A DNA stretch of 64,000 bases from Octopus vulgaris (lineage: Eukaryota): positions 2,976,001 through 3,040,000 of the forward strand of contig OX597820.1 of the NCBI GenBank assembly GCA_951406725.2, in the 5' to 3' direction. The notes beneath the pieces were generated by a model that did no database searches, was not told where the DNA came from, and saw only the letters and a list, made by a program, of their open reading frames with translations. A program made the translations under genes and the position numbers. Of this stretch, positions 1-13,452 are shown one piece after another (the first letter of the stretch is position 1; each line of letters begins with the position of its first letter).

Positions 1-1526
1 TGAAAATGCCACTACCATGCATACATAAAAACCAAAAAATAGTTAAAATATCCTCTTAGTATATAATGGTGGCAAGTTTTACATCATCTGAAAAAGTCAT
101 TAGTTGAACAATTAGTCCTCTTGCATTCTGGCGGGTATCGGAGCGTTTGAGTGACATGAGACCCCAACAAACGTCTATAAATTAAATGCATCTGTCCGGG
201 CCACGATGGAGGCCTGTCAACCTGTGCCTGACGGCCACGATCGTGGGTCGTCGCGCTTTATGTGTCAATATAAAACATCTCAGCTGATACACGATCGCCT
301 CTCGAGTTTTGAACAAACAATAATTATTTCTCATCTTTGCAGAATCTTAGTGAGAAGGAGGTAAGCCAGTCACATCGACCCCATTTCTCGACTGCTACTT
401 ATTCTATCGACCCCAAAAAGATGAAAGGCAAAATTTACTCTGGCGGCATCTAAACTAAGAACGTAAAGAGTCGGAAGAAATGCTGCTAAGCATTTTGTTC
501 GACGCACTGATGAATAATAATTGTACAACTGTGCCAACAGTTGTTTTTACTGTGAGCGTTGTATCTCATCGTTCAGTGGTTTGTAATAGATAACTACTGT
601 TATTTTAACTCCACCGATGTATTTCGAGTCTAACAATTCAGACCATATGTTCGTGGCTGTTTGAAAGTGAATCAGAGAAGATACTCAATGGCTTATCAGA
701 ACATCTTCTAATTATTTGCTTTTCTTTTTGTTTTTATTCTTTGCGCCTATCCTTTATCAGTTTCTCTAAATTTTCTTTTTAGAATTAAAAATCTGTTTAT
801 CATCCTGTTTATCTAATGTCTCTCTTTACTGTCTTATGTACACGCATTAAAATCTTTTCAAAACAAATACCAGTGGAAGCGCGTAGCCCGAACTAAACAC
901 TAACCTCTCCAAAACAGTGAACTCTTTGAATGCCTTCCATACTCAACGAACCTTACAATCTCATCCATTCACTTAAAACATTCCCAAGTTTCTAAGACTT
1001 GGAAACTTTGCATTACTTGTGCTTCTCTCCCCAGCAATAAATAATTAAAGAACCAAATGCCTAACTAAAATCGATCCCTCATTGCCTGAACCTCCGAACC
1101 AACGTTTGCAAATTTAAATAACATTTCTTTGACATGCAGCCCAGGGTGCGTCTTTTAAAAGTCAAGGGAGATGTCGGAGTTCTTTCTAAGGAGAGGGCCG
1201 GCAGATATTCAGGGGCTCCTCCTTAGTTCTCAAGGTCCTGGGTTCAACTGAAGTCTTTTGTGAACCTTGCTCGCCACACTCGAGTCCAGTGTTTATAGGA
1301 TTATGGCGAGCGAGTTGGATGAATCGTTAGCACGCCGCACGAAATGACTAGCGGCATTTCGTCCGTCTTTACGTACTGAGTTCAAATCTCGCCGAGGTTG
1401 ATTTTATTTTCATCCTTTCGGGGTCGATAAAATAAGCACCGGTTGAGCATTGGGATTCATGTAATCAACTTTGCCACTTCCCCGAAACTAATATTTATTG
1501 GGTCATGAGGGCAATTATGTACAATC

Positions 1527-1753
1527 TGTTTCTTTATTGCCCACAAGGGGCTAAACATAGAGGGGACAAACAAGGACAGACAAACGGATTAAGTCGATTA
1601 TATATCGACCCCAGTGCGTAACTGGTACTTAATTTATCGACCCTGAAAGGATGAAAGGCAAAGTCGACCTCGGCGGAATTTGAACTCAGAACGTAACGGC
1701 AGACGAAATACGGCTACGCATTTCGCCCGGCGTGCTAACGGTTCTGCCAGCTC
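1527..1753 (-). mobile_element. tRNA-derived SINE (Meta-like core GCCTTTCATCCTTTC.GGGTCGATAAA), with 16-bp TSD
   Basis: gcaattatgtacaatc duplicated at 1511-1526 and 1754-1769. Many further copies (e.g. ~1305, 5990, 15180, 23449, 32160-32770, 36330-36720, 52700-53140, 58665). Confidence 0.85.
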
Positions 1754-1994
1754 GCAATTATGTACAATCGTCCCAGCAAAACTTTAGAATATGTCAATCT
1801 AACGATTTCCGGGAAAATCAACTGCTATCCTCGTTTATCACAGGGGTGGGGTGCTGGTTAAAAGAAGAAAGAGTGTTAAATGAATCATCTCCATGCTCTT
1901 GGTAAATAAAATGAATGCTAAATTCATTGACACCAAACTCGCGGACCACAACAGTGAAGCTTCCACCTTTACATATTTTCTTGATCATTTCTTT

Positions 1995-4120
1995 TTCCGT
2001 AGAGAATGCAGTCGTCAGCGTAGTTTGTTAAAGTCAGATATCTTTGTATTTTTTTCTGTTCAATGGTTCCAGGTTGAAGAGTACGAATACGTAAATGTGG
2101 ATGAAAATAAAATACGCAGCTTCGCAGCATGGCCGTGTAAAAACGAGCGACAGTCAGTGCATTCTGAATAGCAGAACATCGTGGGTAGTGGTTGGGGCGT
2201 GTTTTTGCGACACAAGCAGAATCTATGACTGATTGTTGACCAGCCGTGTCATCACAAATCAATCCGTTATGAGCGCAACATGGTTCACAATTTAACGTAT
2301 CGTGTCATCCTGGACCAGTGTTGAAGAAACCAACGATAAACGAGGCTATGTGTTCCCGAAATCAATCACCATGTCCAAATATTTCATTACAGAGTGCACA
2401 CCATCAATCACGTCAATCAACTTCGGCAGTCACTCACTGATTCTATTGGTCTTTAAATCAACGACATCTTTCTTTAGATACAATCTATCTTGATGGCAAC
2501 ACTCGTCACGCTGCTTGGAAATAATATGTTTGGTCCACATACAGCCTCATCACATCCTCCATTAATGAGTGCATTTAATCCACATGGCCCTTGAGAGCCC
2601 ATATAGGATTTGGGGGGAGGGGACGCAACAAAATAGTAAATTGGGAATCCACAATAGTATTTTAAGGGCCCTAAAAATATTTGTTTTGGTCTGTATTGCA
2701 AGAAACAGCCGGGTTTCTTTCTCTAACATTTTACAGAGTTCGACCTACACAAGATAATCGGTGAAAGACAAAATAGGAATTTTGGAAGAAGTTTCTCTAA
2801 AACTAGTTTTTAAACATTGAATGGCTATGGGGGGGGGGGTTCCACCAGAATAAAATAGTAACCAAAGGGGTCCGTAGATAAAAAATGGTTGAGAAGCCCC
2901 TGATTTGGGCCATACAACACTGAAAAGACCGTCATAAGGTACAGACCTTATTATGGCTTGCGTGCCTCAATAACCCTGAGAGCTATACTAGCAGAGTGAA
3001 AACTCATGGCAGGGAGTCCCATACTGGACAAGCCAAAAGAAAGACGACAGACTAATAAGGACCGCCTCTCCCCAGAGATAAAAACTGGTTTGCTTAGTGC
3101 CGATAACCCTACCTAGAAAAAAAAGCAACGTTATAAAATCATCGATGACAATTCAAAACCAACAAGGCTTGGGAAAGGAAGGGCTTCCTTTGAGGAGACA
3201 TATGTAGAATACTGAGGCGAAGGTGAAACGATGGGATACAACTGAAGAGACGCAGAAGGGACGGCCCAGAGTCGAAAACAATGGAGAGAAGCCAACGATT
3301 CGATGACCAATGCTCCAAGGGAAGCGAAGGACGTCAAGAAAAAAAAAAGAAAGAAACACTGTGAAGAGTTGGAAGGGAAAAAGAAAACATTGCTTTTTCA
3401 AAATGTATCAACAATGCACAATTAAAGATATTCCTTAAATTTATCTTTTAGGTCAAACGGCCTTTGATGAAGAATTCTGGGAAAAACCTTCAACACTGCA
3501 CCCAAAAGTTACTCAAAGTCGCGAACACTTCTAACACTTTACAATACACCATTATATTCAACAGCAGAGAACTGTTCCCATATCAAGAACGTCGTGTGTC
3601 TTTTGGTGGATAATGGTTTTTTTTTTCTTTTATATTGATAACATACTAAGATTGGTGCCTCGACTGAACTCACTAACACTTGCTCATTCAAACTTAAACC
3701 AACTCAATGCTCAATTGTCTCTTATCTTATCGCCATACTTAACGCATCACAGATAATAGACACAGCATATAAAAGTACATCTATTCGCGTTTATCACCGA
3801 TTCGTTCATCAGTGATCCGTGATAACATTGTATGCTCAATTGTGAACTATGTCACGCTTATCACGAATTGATCTGTGATAACACAGGTCGGCAATTAGTC
3901 AAAGATTTTGTTGGTACCGCAGAAATGCACCCCACCGGCCTCCCACGTTGCTCAGCTACCCAGAATGCACTGGTTACCGCTGCTGTTTACAAGACCATAC
4001 TGCGAGGTAGAGTATTTTTAATAGGGATTTACATGCTCCTACCCATCAAAATGGGGTCAGTGAATAGAAAAAATACGAAGGCCCCTGACCCTAATGAACG
4101 ACTTAGACGAGCTTATTGGT
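1995..4120. repeat. Old diverged inverted repeat pair (~1995-2300 and ~3830-4120)
   Basis: Reverse complement of 2245-2295 aligns with 3835-3885; the ORF-track peptides of the two copies are similar (ICDD...PRCSA.QNAL). Confidence 0.7.
3150..3340 (+). mobile_element. RTE-like LINE 3' end remnant
   Basis: GKGRASFEETY...AQSRKQWRE-type peptide with stops, followed by an A-rich tail. Confidence 0.45.
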
Positions 4121-5040
4121 TGCTTACTCCTTTGTTTCAGTTATTTGATTGCGGCCATGCTGGAGCACTGCTTTTAGCCGAACAAATCGACCCCAGGACT
4201 TATATTGTGTAAGCCCATTACTTATCATATCGGTCTCTTTTGCCGAACCGCTAAATAACGGGGACGTAAACGTACCAACATTGGTTGTCAAGCGATGGTG
4301 GGGGGACAAGTACAAACACACACACACACATACGACGGGCTTCTACCAAATCCACTCACAAAGCTTCAGGAGGCCCGAGGCTATAGTAGAAGACACTTGC
4401 CCAGGGTGCCACGCAGTGGAGGACTGAACTCGGAACACGTGGTTGGTAAGCAAGCTACTTACCACTGACCATACGTTATTAAGATTTACTCTAAATATTA
4501 TTCCAGCCATGAAACAATATTATAATGTTTTTTAAAAACTGGCGGTGATATTCGGGTAAGTTAGGGGGACAACTTAGGGTCTCGGAACGGAACCGTATCT
4601 TATCTTTTATTATTTATTTGTCACTGATTCATTTAACACGGTCGGGTGGGAGTTTTTTTTCTTCTTTTGGTGGAGACGGGATTCAAACATCCATAGTACG
4701 CGAGTATAGATATATTGAAATTCTCAAAACCCTTAAAAAAAATAATTCTATTAATGCCTTTTCGTCTATCTGCGGTCCTCTATTAATGACTTTCGTCCAG
4801 TTTTATAGAAGACCATTGTTATTAAACATTAATCGCATGAATATCGCGATCTTCGTCGGAAAACTGTTACTAAAAGACAGAGAAGTCCTTTAATGAGACC
4901 CTTCTTCCGATCCTCGTTGAAAGAAATAATAGAGAAAAATATTAGCGGAAAATTTTAGATATAAACGTTCCAATCAATATCGGATTAAAACCAGTTCACC
5001 CCGGCACAGACCATTCTTCCATTGTCAAACTGACAAGACA

Positions 5041-5370
5041 TACTGGCGCTCCGTCGGTGACCACGACCAGTGTTCCAGTTGATCCGATCAATGGAACAAC
5101 TTGCTCCTGAAATTAAAATGCAAGTGGATGAGCCCTCCACAGACATGCGTACCCTAAACGTAGTTCTCAGGGTGATTTAGCGTGATACAAAATGTAATAA
5201 AGCTGGCCCTTTGAAATACAGATATAACTCATTTTTGCTGGCTGAGTGGACTGGGGCAACGTGATATAAAGTGTCTTGCTCAAAGACACGTCGTACTGCT
5301 AGGAATCGAACTCACGACCTTAGGATCGTGAACCGGATACCTATAACCACTGAGTCACGCGCCTTCACGG
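5041..5370 (-). mobile_element. Second tRNA-derived SINE family, 11-bp TSD
   Basis: tRNA-like head (gtgagttcgattcc on minus); ctgacaagaca duplicated. Copies with a related head at 26355-26645, 27075-27390 and 45115-45430. Confidence 0.75.
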
Positions 5371-5916
5371 CTGACAAGACACGACATAAAAACTACTGAA
5401 CGGGAAACAAAAAACCCTTTGAAAATTTGAGCTGAAAGGTTCGCAACTAAAGACCGCAAGGCATTTTGCCCGATTCTGTCAGTCTCTAAGAATCTTTTCT
5501 ATTCAAGGCACAAGGCCCGAAACTTTTGGGTGAGGAGGCCAGTCGATAAGATCGACCCCAGTACGCAACTGGTACTTAATTTATCGACTTCAAAAGGATG
5601 AAAGGCAAAGTCGACGTCATCGACTGACCAACTCCTTCCCCTAAAATTGCTGGCCTTGTGCTGAGATTTGAAACATCATTATTATTGTTGTTATTGGCAG
5701 AATCGTTAGCGTGTCGGACAAAACGCTTAGCGGCATTTCTTCTGGTGCTTTACAATTTGAGTTCTAATCCCGCTGAGGTCAGCTTTGCTTTTCATCTTTT
5801 CGGGTCGATAAAAGTACTCGTCGGGTACAAGGGTTGATATAATCAATACCCTTTTTCTACTAAAATTTCAGGCCTTATTCCTGTAGCAAAGAAGATCATC
5901 ATTATTATTATTATTA

Positions 5917-5990
<74 letters not shown>

Positions 5991-6201
5991 GGCAGCGAGC
6001 TGGCAGAATCGTTAGCACGCCGGGCGAAATGTTTAGCAATATTTCGTCTGCCGCTGCGTTCTGAGTTCAAATTCCGCCGAGGTCAACTTTGCCTTTCATC
6101 CTTTCGGGGTCGATTAAATAAGTACCAGTTACGCACTGGTGTCGATGTAACCGACTTACCCATCCCTGCAAATTTCTGGCTTTGTGCCTATAATAGAAAG
6201 G

Positions 6202-6267
<66 letters not shown>

Positions 6268-6686
6268 GTCATATGTTTGACTTTTGCTTTGTATTTGTAC
6301 AAGTTGATTCCAAGTCTCGCCCAGAGACCTCAAGAGACAACAAGTTAGAAGTTCATGTTGGTGTTGTGCCTAGGGTGTCATATATTGGGTTTTGCACACA
6401 GTATTGTTCTAGAGAATGTTTTAAAAAAACAAGAAAATTATGAGTTTGTTTTAAAATTTGAGATTACATACACAGTATTTTATGTAGGATATGGGCAGTT
6501 CCCATGAGCACCATCTTTTAAATTTCTGCCATGTTGAGGTTTCCTGGTATTTGAGCAAGGTAGAAATCAGCCCCTTTTGCTCTCATTCCTAGGGCACCTA
6601 TGACAACAGGTATTGTTTTAGTCTTGAGGTTCCATATTTTGCCAATTTCTGTTCCAAGATCTTTATACTTGCTCAGTTCTTCTTCT
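6268..6686 (-). mobile_element. 3' fragment of an R4/Dong-like non-LTR element (restriction-like endonuclease) inserted in (TAA)n
   Basis: Minus translation KLSKYKDLGTEIGKIWNLKTKTIPVVIGALG...MVLMGTAHIL; (ATT)n on both sides. Confidence 0.75.
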
Positions 6687-7156
6687 TATTATTATTACTA
6701 TTATTTTCGAACTTCAGTTCGCTGTTGTCTATGGATAAGATTCATTCGAGGAACCCATAGCACACTGGTGCACACAAGCGAGGGCATGGTCCTAAACATA
6801 AAATACATATTCATAATCTATTTTAGGTGAAAGAGCAACAAACGGTAAACGCAAAAAGTTCTTTAGAACTGTACACTTTCGTCGCGGTATAAAATCTCGA
6901 TAATTTAATCCAACTAAACCAAGTCTATTAAGGAATACATTTACCTCTTAAATATCCCGCATACAAAAGTCCATGCGTTCTTTTGTAACCTTCTAAAACT
7001 AGAAGAACGTTGTGGTTTGCTTGAAGCATTGTAGTATAGAAATAGAAAAAAAGACGAAAAGAGGAATTCAGACAGTTTCGATGCAAACCTTTTCAACTTT
7101 CTCCTCTGCATTGTCAGAAGCTCCCCTCATTCCCCCTTTCGTTTATTTTTCTACTC

Positions 7157-7513
7157 CAGAGATTCTCAACTGGGGTCTTTACAGCCCTTAGGGATTTCAT
7201 ATAAGATTTTGTTGTTAAAATTTATCTGCAATAAATCAGTTATACTTCTGCGAGTCCCAAAATATTTGAACATTTTTTTTCATACAATTCCTAAAATTTT
7301 GCCAAAAACGTTAAGGGTAAACCGTGTTCTACGTGACAAATTCAACCAAGATCCGAAAAAAAAAAAATTAAGAAATATGTGACTGAGATGGAAAAGAACC
7401 ATTTTAATTTTTAAAATCATGTTCTTAAACATTGAATAGCAACGGTGAGGTCCACCAGATTAAAATAGGAATTAAAGAGGTCCATAGTTTTAAAAAATGG
7501 TTGAGAATGACTG
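7157..7513. mobile_element. hAT-type MITE
   Basis: Imperfect TIR cagagattctcaac/gttgagaatgactg; perfect 8-bp TSD ttctactc; related partial copy at ~2600-2902. Confidence 0.8.
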
Positions 7514-7798
7514 TTCTACTCTTTCGCTGTTTTAGCCTGGGAAATGCGGCGTACCTACACAAGTGGACACTCCGCTCTTAACTTTGTTTCCTCATAACCT
7601 TCAGAAAAAATGGGTATTTCTTGATCAAATTTTCTACGAATACTTTTCAGATGTGTAAATTACGATTTTATCGGAATTTAATGAGGGTAAAATGAGAAGA
7701 AAAAAATGGTGAGCGCGCATACATACATATTACACACGTCACATATACATCTACAAAACGTCATTTGAAATTTTGAGTAAAATTATACGCTGTGTGTG

Positions 7799-7866
<68 letters not shown>

Positions 7867-9223
7867 CGCTCAACTTTTTTTGGTTTTTTAACATTATATT
7901 TCGATATAATTGCAATCTACACCATCTGAAAGGTGTTGGTAGAAAATTTATTGAAAAAAAATATTTCTTTTTCTGAAATTTGTGGAAACTAAGTCGGGTG
8001 GGAGTCCTTGTGCCGGTCTACCGAAACGGTTTCGAATATCGATTGGTAAAATTCGTTTCTTTTGTTAAGCTAAAACCTCGTAATCCCTGAGATTAGCGGA
8101 TATGGTTTCCTTATTTTTTATCTTTTACTTGTTTCAGTCTGCGGTCATGTTGGGGCACCGCCTTGAAAAACTTTTAGTCGTTATTTTCTTTAAGCCTGAG
8201 ACTTATTTTATCGGAGTCTTTTACCGAACCGCTAAGTCACAGGAACGTAAACACACCAACACCAGTTGTCAAGCGACAGTCTCTCTCTCTCTCTCATACA
8301 CACATACGCACACACACACATAGAGCGGGCTTCTTTCAGTTTCCGTCAACCAATTCCGCTCGCAAAGCTTTGGTCGGCTCGAGGCTATAGTACAAGACAC
8401 TCGCCAAACGTGCCACGGGCATTAGAACTGAACCAAGAATATATAGTTTCAAAAGGATACTCACCCAGTAAAAGAAGCTAAGAATCCGAAAAGAAACAAA
8501 TATCTTAGAATATGAAATTATTCAGTTTCGCATATTATCGCCATGATACCAAAGTTGTCAGCACCGATGGGTCTTAAAATCAAAATAAACACAATTTTTC
8601 AGCCACTTAAAAGTTGACTTGTTGTTATGGAAACGACCTCTAGTGTGTAAAATGAGAAGGTAAAGTGCTACTTGACCATTTTTAGAGCATGACATATTTT
8701 TGAAGTCCTTTTGTCGTTTGTCAACGTTTATAATAATAATTTCGATTCAAAACTTACAAAAACATAACATTTCTTCGACGGGCTTCAGCTTCCAGGAAGA
8801 ATTACTTCTGTTATCCTTTTAGATTCTGTTACTAATTCTTGTCTCGCTTTCACTTTGTAGCATCTGTTCTTAAGATTAGATTCTTTACACTGATTGGCTA
8901 AAAAGTTTTAGCGTGGCTTCTGACTGCAACACTCTTTTCCTTCCCCTACCTCACTGAACTACTGTCCATTTCTATTGTATAAGGAGAATCGCAAAGAAAA
9001 ATGGAGTTACTAAAGATTCCTTAGAATTTAGCAATAACAAATATGATTCTTTATGATAGTCCTTGAATTTACCATTTTAAAATCTCAAGATTTCATACTT
9101 TTCTTGAGAGAACTTGAAAGAACGAATGATACATTAAAAGTTGGCCAAGTTAGCCGTTCGATTTGCTTTTAATAGCATTCGTCATTCTATCTCATCCACC
9201 AACTTTTTTATTGTGCCGAAGTA

Positions 9224-9544
9224 ATGACGTCTTTGGCAGCACTAGAAACAAATGCATCTCCCTTCCGACCAGCACAGCTTTTCACGGTGTATATCACGGA
9301 TTCTAGCCAAGGGGTTACACAAAATGGACAGTCGTTGTATAGTGATACATGGGCAACAAACTCACTCCCAACACAATCTGTTACCTCTAGTTCTTTTCTT
9401 AACACAAATATTGGACAGAGTCTTGAGCCATGGGATAATACCATTCAGGTCTTAAGCTCCAGAGGCCGCAGTCTTAATGTTTTCAATGAAATGTGGTCAA
9501 ATGGATCTACGATTACTAATCCATCTCTAACCAATATCACACAA
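9224..9544 (+). CDS. ZCCHC24: ZCCHC24 exon 1 (107 codons)
   Basis: ATG at 9224. MTSLAALETNASPFRPAQLFTVYI resembles the vertebrate ZCCHC24 N-terminus ([20 protein letters not shown], from memory). Ends CAA|gtaagt, phase 0, compatible with exon 2. Confidence 0.85.
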
Positions 9545-10819
9545 GTAAGTCCTTTCTCTTAAAACAAAAACAAAATAGGAAAAAAAAGAAAAAAGGGTCA
9601 AGTTTTATTTTCTAAAAAAGTTGCTCAATTTTTTCCCCTTGTTTTTCTCATCCAAACAGTTCCCTTGATTATTTTGATCAAAACTGATTGTGCATATGTT
9701 TGTAACTTTTTGCTATTCAATGAAAGTAATCGGGACGACATTAAATATATAATTAATCAGCTAATTAGTGCGTAATTCCTTTGCAATCAAAAACCATTTC
9801 TAAAGTATTCCAAAGTCAAATAACTAAATATCTGTAAAAAATGGCGTAAATCATTCCATGTTTATTTATTCTGCTATACCATTATTAGACTTTTTAGTTT
9901 TACACATTACCGTAAACTGATTTTAATATGAGCAAATTGTTTGGGTTTAGAATCAAAGAAATCTTTGAATTTCTTAGTTCCTTCATATTCTTGCCTGCTC
10001 ACACCCTTTGATTTTAAATTTAATTTACAAACGATTTTTCATTGTACCTGCAAAGTTATGTAAGCAATCATTATTAATATAAGAAATTATAACAGTCTGC
10101 CAAGTTGTGAAACTAAGACGAGAATCTTCACACCGTATAGCCTCGATTCTAAGAAATTCTAAGTTTAAGTAATTATAGAAATACATACAAACACTAGAGC
10201 GCCAGGAACTTTTGCTTAAGTTTATCTACGCGTGTTTATAATAGTATTTAAGTAAACATTTTCTTTTAAAATGATTCGAAAAAGACACAGCCAATACGTA
10301 ACGAAAACACACATACACAAGTATATATGAATGTATATTTGTATGTGCCTATGTATACATAGAGAATAGGTTTTATTTCCTAATGCTTTTCACCTAACTC
10401 TCACACCCAACAGATACATATCGTCGGACATATTTACATCCTTAAATTTTCTCATTAGAAAACGACACACCTGTGTCACTTACCTATCTTGAAGGGGTGT
10501 CCCCTCTGTCTTTGATCGTGTATCGTTCTAAAAGCATGATTGGAATCGGCCTTTCTTTATTTGATATTTACGTTTTGACTCCCATTTTTGAAGGATGTTT
10601 ATCATTAATTCGCTTATTAATTTCAATTCATTCTCACTTTAGGCAAAGTTGTTTAACCCCAAGGGCACTAGTGGAGGGCAACAGGGGCGGTCCGCCCCTG
10701 ACAGCACTTTTAAAAAGGCACCACTTTTGGGTCTGCTGTAAGCAATATGTATTTTTTTGTGGGGTCCGAGGGCGGCAAACGGAAGGACCGCCGCGGGTGG
10801 CACACACTCTAGCTACGCT

Positions 10820-12801
10820 AATGCCCAAGGGATCAAGGAATTTCAGTTGTGATCCTTGATACCTAGGACCACGTTATATAGTGTGTCTTCTTTTTGCTTT
10901 AAGCTAGTTTGTAAGATGTGATTTGAGGGCAATTTGGCTGCGACTTCTAACGGCCGCCTACAGGTTCTCTCGTCTTAGACATTTAAGAAGGTTATTATTG
11001 TCGTTCAATCACAAATTAACTCTGATCGAGCTAACCTACGAACAAAGACGTTCCTACCATGACCTCTCATAGCTAGAACTCCATTATTCAGTGTGTCCTC
11101 GTTGTAAAGTAGCAGGGTTTGATTTGAGGAAGATTGGACTTATTTCTTGCAGGTTGAGCGATCACATAGAGCTGGAGTTTGCAAACCGGGGCACGTGTAC
11201 GCAAGGGAAATTATAGAGATCGGTGAGGTTCATAAAAACCTCGGAATTTTAAAGTCGTCTCAGACAACTTTTCAAAGGTGCTTCTCAGATTTAGTAAAAT
11301 AGCATTTATATAAAAGAAACCGTTTGTTTCGAAGCCATGACTCCAAATATAACAATTCTTTCGAGTTTTGGCACAAAGCCATCAATTTTAAGGGGTGACG
11401 AACTGTTGATTACATCGAGTTGTTTTATCGACCCCGGAAAGGTGAAAAGCAAAGGATTTCAAGTTAGAACGTAAAGAGCTGGAAGAAACGCCGCTAAGCA
11501 TTTTCTCCGGCGTGCTAACGAGTCTGCCAGCTAGTCGCCTTCATTCTGAACATATGTTTCAAATTATGGCACAGGGTTAGTAATTTAATAGTAGAGTGTG
11601 TGTGTGGGAGGGGGGGGGTGAGTAAATTGCATTGACCCAAGTACATGACTGGTACTATGTCAACCTTAGGGAGACGAAAAGCGGCGGAAATTGAACTTAA
11701 TCAGAAGAACCGGAAGGAGCGCAGCTCACCGCGTTGACCCCAAATATGATAATAACGTGGCAGTGTGATAAGGAACTTGCTTCCCAACCATACGGTTCCG
11801 TGTTCAGTCCCACTGCGTGGAACCTTGAGTAAGTGCTTTCTACTATAGCCTTAGACAAACCAAAGCCTTAAGTGGATTTGGTAGACGGAAACTGAAAGAA
11901 GCCCGTCGTATATATCATACATATGTGTATGTGTATCTTTGTGTCTGTCTTACCACCATCGCTTGACAACCGATGCTGGTGTGTTTACGTCCCCGTAAAC
12001 TAGCGGTTCGGCAAAAGATACCGATGGAATAAGTACCAGGCCTACAAAGAATAAGTCCTGGAGGCGATTTCTTCGACTAAAATGCGGTGCTCCTGCATGG
12101 CCGCAGTCAAAATGACTGAAACAAGTAAAAGAATAAAAGAATAATTGTTTTATAATATCCAGCTATTTTACAATTCAAGAACAACACCAACATTCCGGAC
12201 TTCTTATAATCGGATCCAGTTTCCACTAATGTTGAGGTACCTGTATATAATTATTTAAATAAACTTTATATTTGTTTAATTTAGAGTGTGTTGACTAAGG
12301 TGACCGTCTTTGATTCGGAAAAGTCAGTAATCCGTAAAATATTTGGAATCAAAGGTTCCAAAAAAGTGATGTTGTACTTGTATGTTTATCTCAAGGGACA
12401 CACCAACACTGCCTGAAAAAATAAATGGGTACGCTGGAAGAAATATGTTCGAGGACCCTTCACGGTCCTTTAGTGACTTGTCTGAAGGGGTTGTTTGGAT
12501 CGACAGCTACTCAAATGGTCTTTTACTGTTACTCCATTCCCTTCCAGGAGGCTTTGTAGGAATATTGAATCCACAGGAAAGTTTAATGGCAAAATAAAAT
12601 TCCAGGTCGATTTGAACTCAGAATCTTGAAGGTTACAACTAAAGGCTGCAGACATTTTAGCCCATGTTCCAACGATCCTATCAATCGATAGCCCTCAAAT
12701 CACATCTTACAAACTAGCTTCAAGCAAAAAGAAGGCACACTATATAACGTGGTCCTAGGTATCAAGGACCACAACTGAAATTCCTTGATCCCTTGGGCAT
12801 T
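10820..12801. repeat. Near-identical ~110-bp inverted repeat pair (10820-10930 and 12691-12801)
   Basis: aatgcccaagggatcaaggaatttcagttgtg...tgtgatttgagggc versus its reverse complement, with about 3 mismatches. Confidence 0.85.
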
Positions 12802-13061
12802 TCTAATGATCGAACAGAACTATAAACGAAAATGTTCCATCGGTGACCATCCTGTCTTTTTCTGGATAATGATAGCATTGACCGTGTAATTTCATTTTTT
12901 TTAAAGACAAAGTCTGGTACTTACTCTACATAGCGTTCTTTTTTGTCGAACCGCTAAGTCACAGGGACGTAAACACCTGTTGTCAAGCGGTGGAGGGATG
13001 CAAACACAAGCACATATGCATATCTACATTTATGTGTGTGTTGTGTGTGTGTGTGTGTGTG

Positions 13062-13094
<33 letters not shown>

Positions 13095-13258
13095 GTGTGT
13101 GTGTGTGTGTGTGTGTTGTGTGTGTGTGCGTGTGTCTGTGTATGTATGTATGTATGTATGTATATCGTTGTTTTTAGAAACTGGTGAAGGCCAGTTGATA
13201 GGATCACCCTGGGTTTCTCCCTCCATATTTTAAAGACGCCATGGGCCAACAGGTCTTA

Positions 13259-13314
13259 GGGTCTGAAGATACGCCATAAAGATACCCTTTATGACGAGAA
13301 ACTCAGGGTAACCC
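13259..13314 (+). ncRNA. Type-I hammerhead ribozyme (Penelope-like), canonical core
   Basis: Stem I gggt/accc; CUGAAGA; stem II cg-cataaag/ctttatg-cg; GAAA; stem III CUC-A-GGG; GUA cleavage triplet. Confidence 0.75.
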
Positions 13315-13379
13315 GATAAACTGGCCTTCACCAGTAATTAATAAATAACTACACACACATAGACACACACACACACACA

Positions 13380-13452
<73 letters not shown>

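Noticed and set aside
3780-3830. CUGAUGA on minus with a nearby CGCG palindrome
   Set aside because: No proper GAAA and no stem I pairing.
4820-4870. CCGACGA followed by a GAUCGC/GCGAUU stem on minus
   Set aside because: GAAA missing; at best a dead hammerhead remnant.
8888-8900. Reverse CCAAT box (ctgattggct) upstream of ZCCHC24
   Set aside because: A single short motif with unknown TSS; not enough to call a promoter.
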